Assembly (NCBI GenBank): GCA_001817915.1
Contig: MHJJ01000011.1
Location: 17,710-80,121 of the forward strand
From: Candidatus Harrisonbacteria bacterium RIFCSPLOWO2_01_FULL_44_18
GTDB taxonomy: Bacteria > Patescibacteriota > Minisyncoccia > UBA6257 > WO2-44-18
DNA length: 62,412 nucleotides
Direction: 5' to 3'
Position numbers and translations under genes: made by a program. Of the stretch, positions 59,784-62,412 are shown piece after piece (the first letter of the stretch is position 1; every line of letters starts with the position of its first letter). The notes beneath the pieces are model-generated. The model was not told where the DNA came from and made no database searches. It saw only the letters and a program-made list of their open reading frames with translations.

Positions 59784-60779
59784 ATGGCCACGAAGGGAAA
59801 CGAAGAAAAAAAAGAAAATATAGATAGCTTATTGGAAGCGCTACAAAGTAAGTTTGGCGAAGGCGCCATTATGAAGTTGGGCGACGCCAAGAAAGTAAAT
59901 GTTGATGTGATTCCAACCGGCTCTTTTTCTTTAGATCTTGCTTTAGGCGTCGGCGGTTTGCCGAAAGGACGGATCATAGAAATTTTTGGCCCGGAAGGTA
60001 GCGGAAAAACTACATTGGCTTTGAATGTTGTCGCTCAAGCGCAGAAAAAAGGCGGCAAAGCGGCTTTTATTGACGCCGAACACGCGATGGATCCAGAATA
60101 TGCCGAAAGATTGGGAGTAAAAGTAAAAGAACTTTTGATTTCCCAGCCCGACAACGGCGAAGAGGCGCTGAATATCTTAGAAAGTCTGGTGCGCTCGGAA
60201 ATGATTGACGTGGTAGTGGTGGATTCCGTGGCCGCTTTAACGCCCAAAGCCGAGATTGAAGGCGAAATGGGCCAGCAGTTCATGGGACTGCAAGCGCGCA
60301 TGATGTCGCAAGCTCTCCGCAAACTCACCGCCATCGCCGCCAAGTCAAACACGATGATTATTTTTATAAACCAATTGCGCGAAAAAATAGGCGTGTTCTT
60401 TGGAAATCCCGAAACAACGCCCGGCGGCCGCGCCCTCAAATTTTATTGCTCGGTGCGCATTGATGTTCGCCGCGCGGCGCAAATTAAAAAAGGCGAGGAA
60501 GCGGTAGGCAATCGAGTGAAAGCCAAGGTGGTAAAAAATAAAGTAGCGGCGCCATTTAAAATCGCGGAGTTTGATATTATGTACGGCGAGGGAATTTCTT
60601 ACGAAGGGGATGTTGCCAACGCTGCTTTAAAATACGGAGTGATTACCAAATCCGGAGCTAGTTACAGTTTCGAGGGGGAAAAATTGGGCGTGGGAATCGA
60701 AAACGTAAAAGCCAAACTTAAAGAAGATAAAAAACTCTTGAACGCGATTGAAAAGAAAGTACGGGAAGTCGCGAAATAA
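59784..60779 (+). CDS. recA: recombinase RecA
   Basis: [11 protein letters not shown], Walker [32 protein letters not shown] and QLREKIGV. Confidence 0.97.
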   Translation: MATKGNEEKKENIDSLLEALQSKFGEGAIMKLGDAKKVNVDVIPTGSFSLDLALGVGGLPKGRIIEIFGPEGSGKTTLALNVVAQAQKKGGKAAFIDAEHAMDPEYAERLGVKVKELLISQPDNGEEALNILESLVRSEMIDVVVVDSVAALTPKAEIEGEMGQQFMGLQARMMSQALRKLTAIAAKSNTMIIFINQLREKIGVFFGNPETTPGGRALKFYCSVRIDVRRAAQIKKGEEAVGNRVKAKVVKNKVAAPFKIAEFDIMYGEGISYEGDVANAALKYGVITKSGASYSFEGEKLGVGIENVKAKLKEDKKLLNAIEKKVREVAK

Positions 60780-60787
60780 CTCGCAAA

Positions 60788-61345
60788 ATGTTTAGACATT
60801 CTCCGATCTTTTGGGTTGCTCTTTTTTCCTCTTTAGCAACCGGTATTTACGGATTTATCACTAAACAGGAAGTATTAGCTATTCCATATACGTTTATCAA
60901 CCCCTCCCTTCTTTTTCTAATCACTTCTCTCAAAAAATTTGAATCGGTAAAAAGACGTTTGGAAATACTGGCCGCGCTTGTTATTTTTCTGAATATCCCC
61001 GGCAGCGTCTATTTGCATAGAATTGGATTTCAATATGACATTATTCTCCACTTTTTTGTGTCTTTTGCCGCATTCCAAACCGCTTATCTGATATTGCCTC
61101 TGCTTTTAAAAAAGCCGTACGTTCCCAGAACTACCGCCGCGTTAATCACGATTGCCGGCGGTTTTATATTCGAAGGAGTCCAAAAATTATCAGATACGCT
61201 ATTTAGCACCGCTTTGTTTTTTGATATCGCTCAATCAACGCAGCTGGATTTTATTATTGACATTTTAGTCAATATCCTCGGCGTTCTTGTCGGCGCAATA
61301 TTCCTCAAATTCACATCTGCGCAAAGTTCGTCTCAGGCAATCTAA
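60788..61345 (+). CDS. small polytopic membrane protein, unknown function
   Basis: 185-aa hydrophobic ORF directly after recA. Confidence 0.5.
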   Translation: MFRHSPIFWVALFSSLATGIYGFITKQEVLAIPYTFINPSLLFLITSLKKFESVKRRLEILAALVIFLNIPGSVYLHRIGFQYDIILHFFVSFAAFQTAYLILPLLLKKPYVPRTTAALITIAGGFIFEGVQKLSDTLFSTALFFDIAQSTQLDFIIDILVNILGVLVGAIFLKFTSAQSSSQAI

Positions 61346-62292
61346 ACCAGCATCTTTACTAATTGCGCCACTTTATCAGGATCATGCCGGATTAAGCCGT
61401 ATTTTCTTATTAAATTGGCGGCGATCGGCGTCGGTTTTTTTAGATTCTCAATATCCGGCTCTACGAATTCCGCTTTTTCTTTAATGTACGGCCGGAATCT
61501 CATTGATGACGGTTTAGTTTTATTAAAAATAGCGTAATCCAAAACATTTTTTCCTAAATAATGTTCGATGGCGTTTAAAAAATCTGATGCTTGAAAACCG
61601 GTTGTCTCTCCGAATTTAGTCATTATATTTACAAAATAAATTTTTTTACCCTGAGCCCGTCGAAGGGCTTGTCCCATGCCGTCCACTAAAAGATTGGGAA
61701 TAATGCTGGTGTAAAGATCGCCGGGACCGATTATAATCGCATCGGCTTCCAAGATCGCTTTTTTTGCCTTTGGATTTAATGATACTTGCGGCTTAAGCCA
61801 AACTTTTCTGATTTGAATATTCCCGTCATGTTGAGGAATATCAATATCGCTTTCTCCGCGAATAGTTCGTCCATCTTCCAGCTCTGCCATCAAGTAAGTG
61901 GTTTTTAAAGTAACCGGAAGCACTTGCCCCCGGACAGAAAGAATTTTACTGGCCTCTTCAATCGCCGTTTCAAAACCGCCGGTAATTCTTTCCAGCGCCG
62001 TAATCATCAAATTTCCAAAGCTGTGTCCCGACAATCCGCTTCCTTCGTTAAATCGATAATTGAAAAGCTCGGATAAATTTTTATTATCCGAAGCGGAAAG
62101 AGCAATCAAGGCGCGGCGAATATCGCCCGGCGGCAAAATACCAAATTCTTCCCGCAAAACTCCAGTTGAGCCGCCGTCATCCGCCATTGTTACAATCGCA
62201 GTCAGATTATTAAAATACTGCTTAAGGCCAGACAAAACCGTAAATACGCCCGTCCCACCACCTATGACGACAATTTTTTTATCGCTTTTCAT
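61342..62292 (-). CDS. yvcK: YvcK/CofD-like gluconeogenesis factor (UPF0052)
   Basis: IVVIGGGTGVFTVLSGLK, TMADDGGSTGVLREEFGILPPGDIRRALIALS and IGPGDLYTSIIPNLLV. Confidence 0.8.
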   Translation of the reverse strand: MKSDKKIVVIGGGTGVFTVLSGLKQYFNNLTAIVTMADDGGSTGVLREEFGILPPGDIRRALIALSASDNKNLSELFNYRFNEGSGLSGHSFGNLMITALERITGGFETAIEEASKILSVRGQVLPVTLKTTYLMAELEDGRTIRGESDIDIPQHDGNIQIRKVWLKPQVSLNPKAKKAILEADAIIIGPGDLYTSIIPNLLVDGMGQALRRAQGKKIYFVNIMTKFGETTGFQASDFLNAIEHYLGKNVLDYAIFNKTKPSSMRFRPYIKEKAEFVEPDIENLKKPTPIAANLIRKYGLIRHDPDKVAQLVKMLV

Positions 62293-62371
62293 TATCTTTA
62301 ATCAAGACTCTCATTAGTTCAAACTAACAAAAACCAAGGAAAGTTATCTAAAATTTGAATTTCAATATTTG

Positions 62372-62401
62372 TCTCCCTTCGGGAGATGTCCCGCGGGGAC
62401 A
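62372..62401. repeat. two adjacent GC-rich hairpins at window edge
   Basis: TCTCCC-TTC-GGGAGA at 62372-62386 and TGTCCC-GCG-GGGACA at 62387-62401. The context is cut by the window end. Confidence 0.5.
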
Positions 62402-62412
62402 GGGTTTCGGGA

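Noticed and set aside
1-62412. tRNA, rRNA or prophage/integrase content
   Set aside because: By-eye inspection of all spacers longer than 60 nt found no cloverleaf-compatible sequence (no GTTCRANNC T-loop context), no rRNA-like stretch, and no integrase, transposase or phage structural ORFs. tRNAscan-SE and Infernal should confirm this.

Overview
This 62.4-kb window is gene-dense, with about 40% GC by eye and many overlapping start and stop codons. I saw no rRNA, tRNA, CRISPR array or cas genes. The gene content suggests an uncultured monoderm-type bacterium, possibly Patescibacteria/CPR-like; that is inference only. It rests on the peptidoglycan-binding surface proteins, the small free-standing GIY-YIG and GxxExxY ORFs, and the absence of LPS core genes.

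**Positions 1-42.6 kb: one cell-surface glycan assembly island.**
- At least 8 GT4-like and 4 GT2 glycosyltransferases. Two of the GT2 enzymes are GtrB/ArnC-like polyprenol-phosphate sugar synthases.
- 3-4 GT-C-type polytopic membrane proteins and a Wzx-like flippase.
- 5 methyltransferases, one of them an NDP-sugar C-methyltransferase.
- Complete gmhA-hddA-gmhB-hddC genes for GDP-D-glycero-alpha-D-manno-heptose.
- gmd, several SDR enzymes and galU.

**Positions 41.2-46.4 kb: two secreted proteins with PG_binding_1-type domains.** One is a 1206-aa Thr/Ser/Val/Ala-rich S-layer-like protein and is the likely glycosylation target.

**Positions 46.44-47.13 kb: the largest non-coding stretch.** It holds a candidate novel structured RNA of about 350 nt with internally covarying hairpin modules, plus two kinds of miniature palindromic element.

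**Positions 47-62 kb: housekeeping genes.** These are a DeoR-type regulator, a second galU, clpB behind a perfect CIRCE operator, iscS/nifS, a YkuK-like protein, a DEDD exonuclease, a phosphohexomutase split into two in-frame ORFs, ftsK, a rodZ-like gene, recA and yvcK.

**The most unusual property is the load of short repeats.**
- Heptamer-periodic arrays (GTAAYTG, AACTTAT, CTTGGCA, GAATTAT) occur between genes and in frame inside conserved genes. One is a perfect (CAGTTAC)20 tract.
- GC-rich palindromic insertions are translated in frame in clpB, iscS, ftsK and the phosphohexomutase.
- Two small nuclease-family ORFs (GIY-YIG and GxxExxY) are each bracketed by terminal inverted repeats, and each has an ORF-less miniature copy elsewhere in the window.

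All calls come from reading the sequence and ORF translations. No database search was run.
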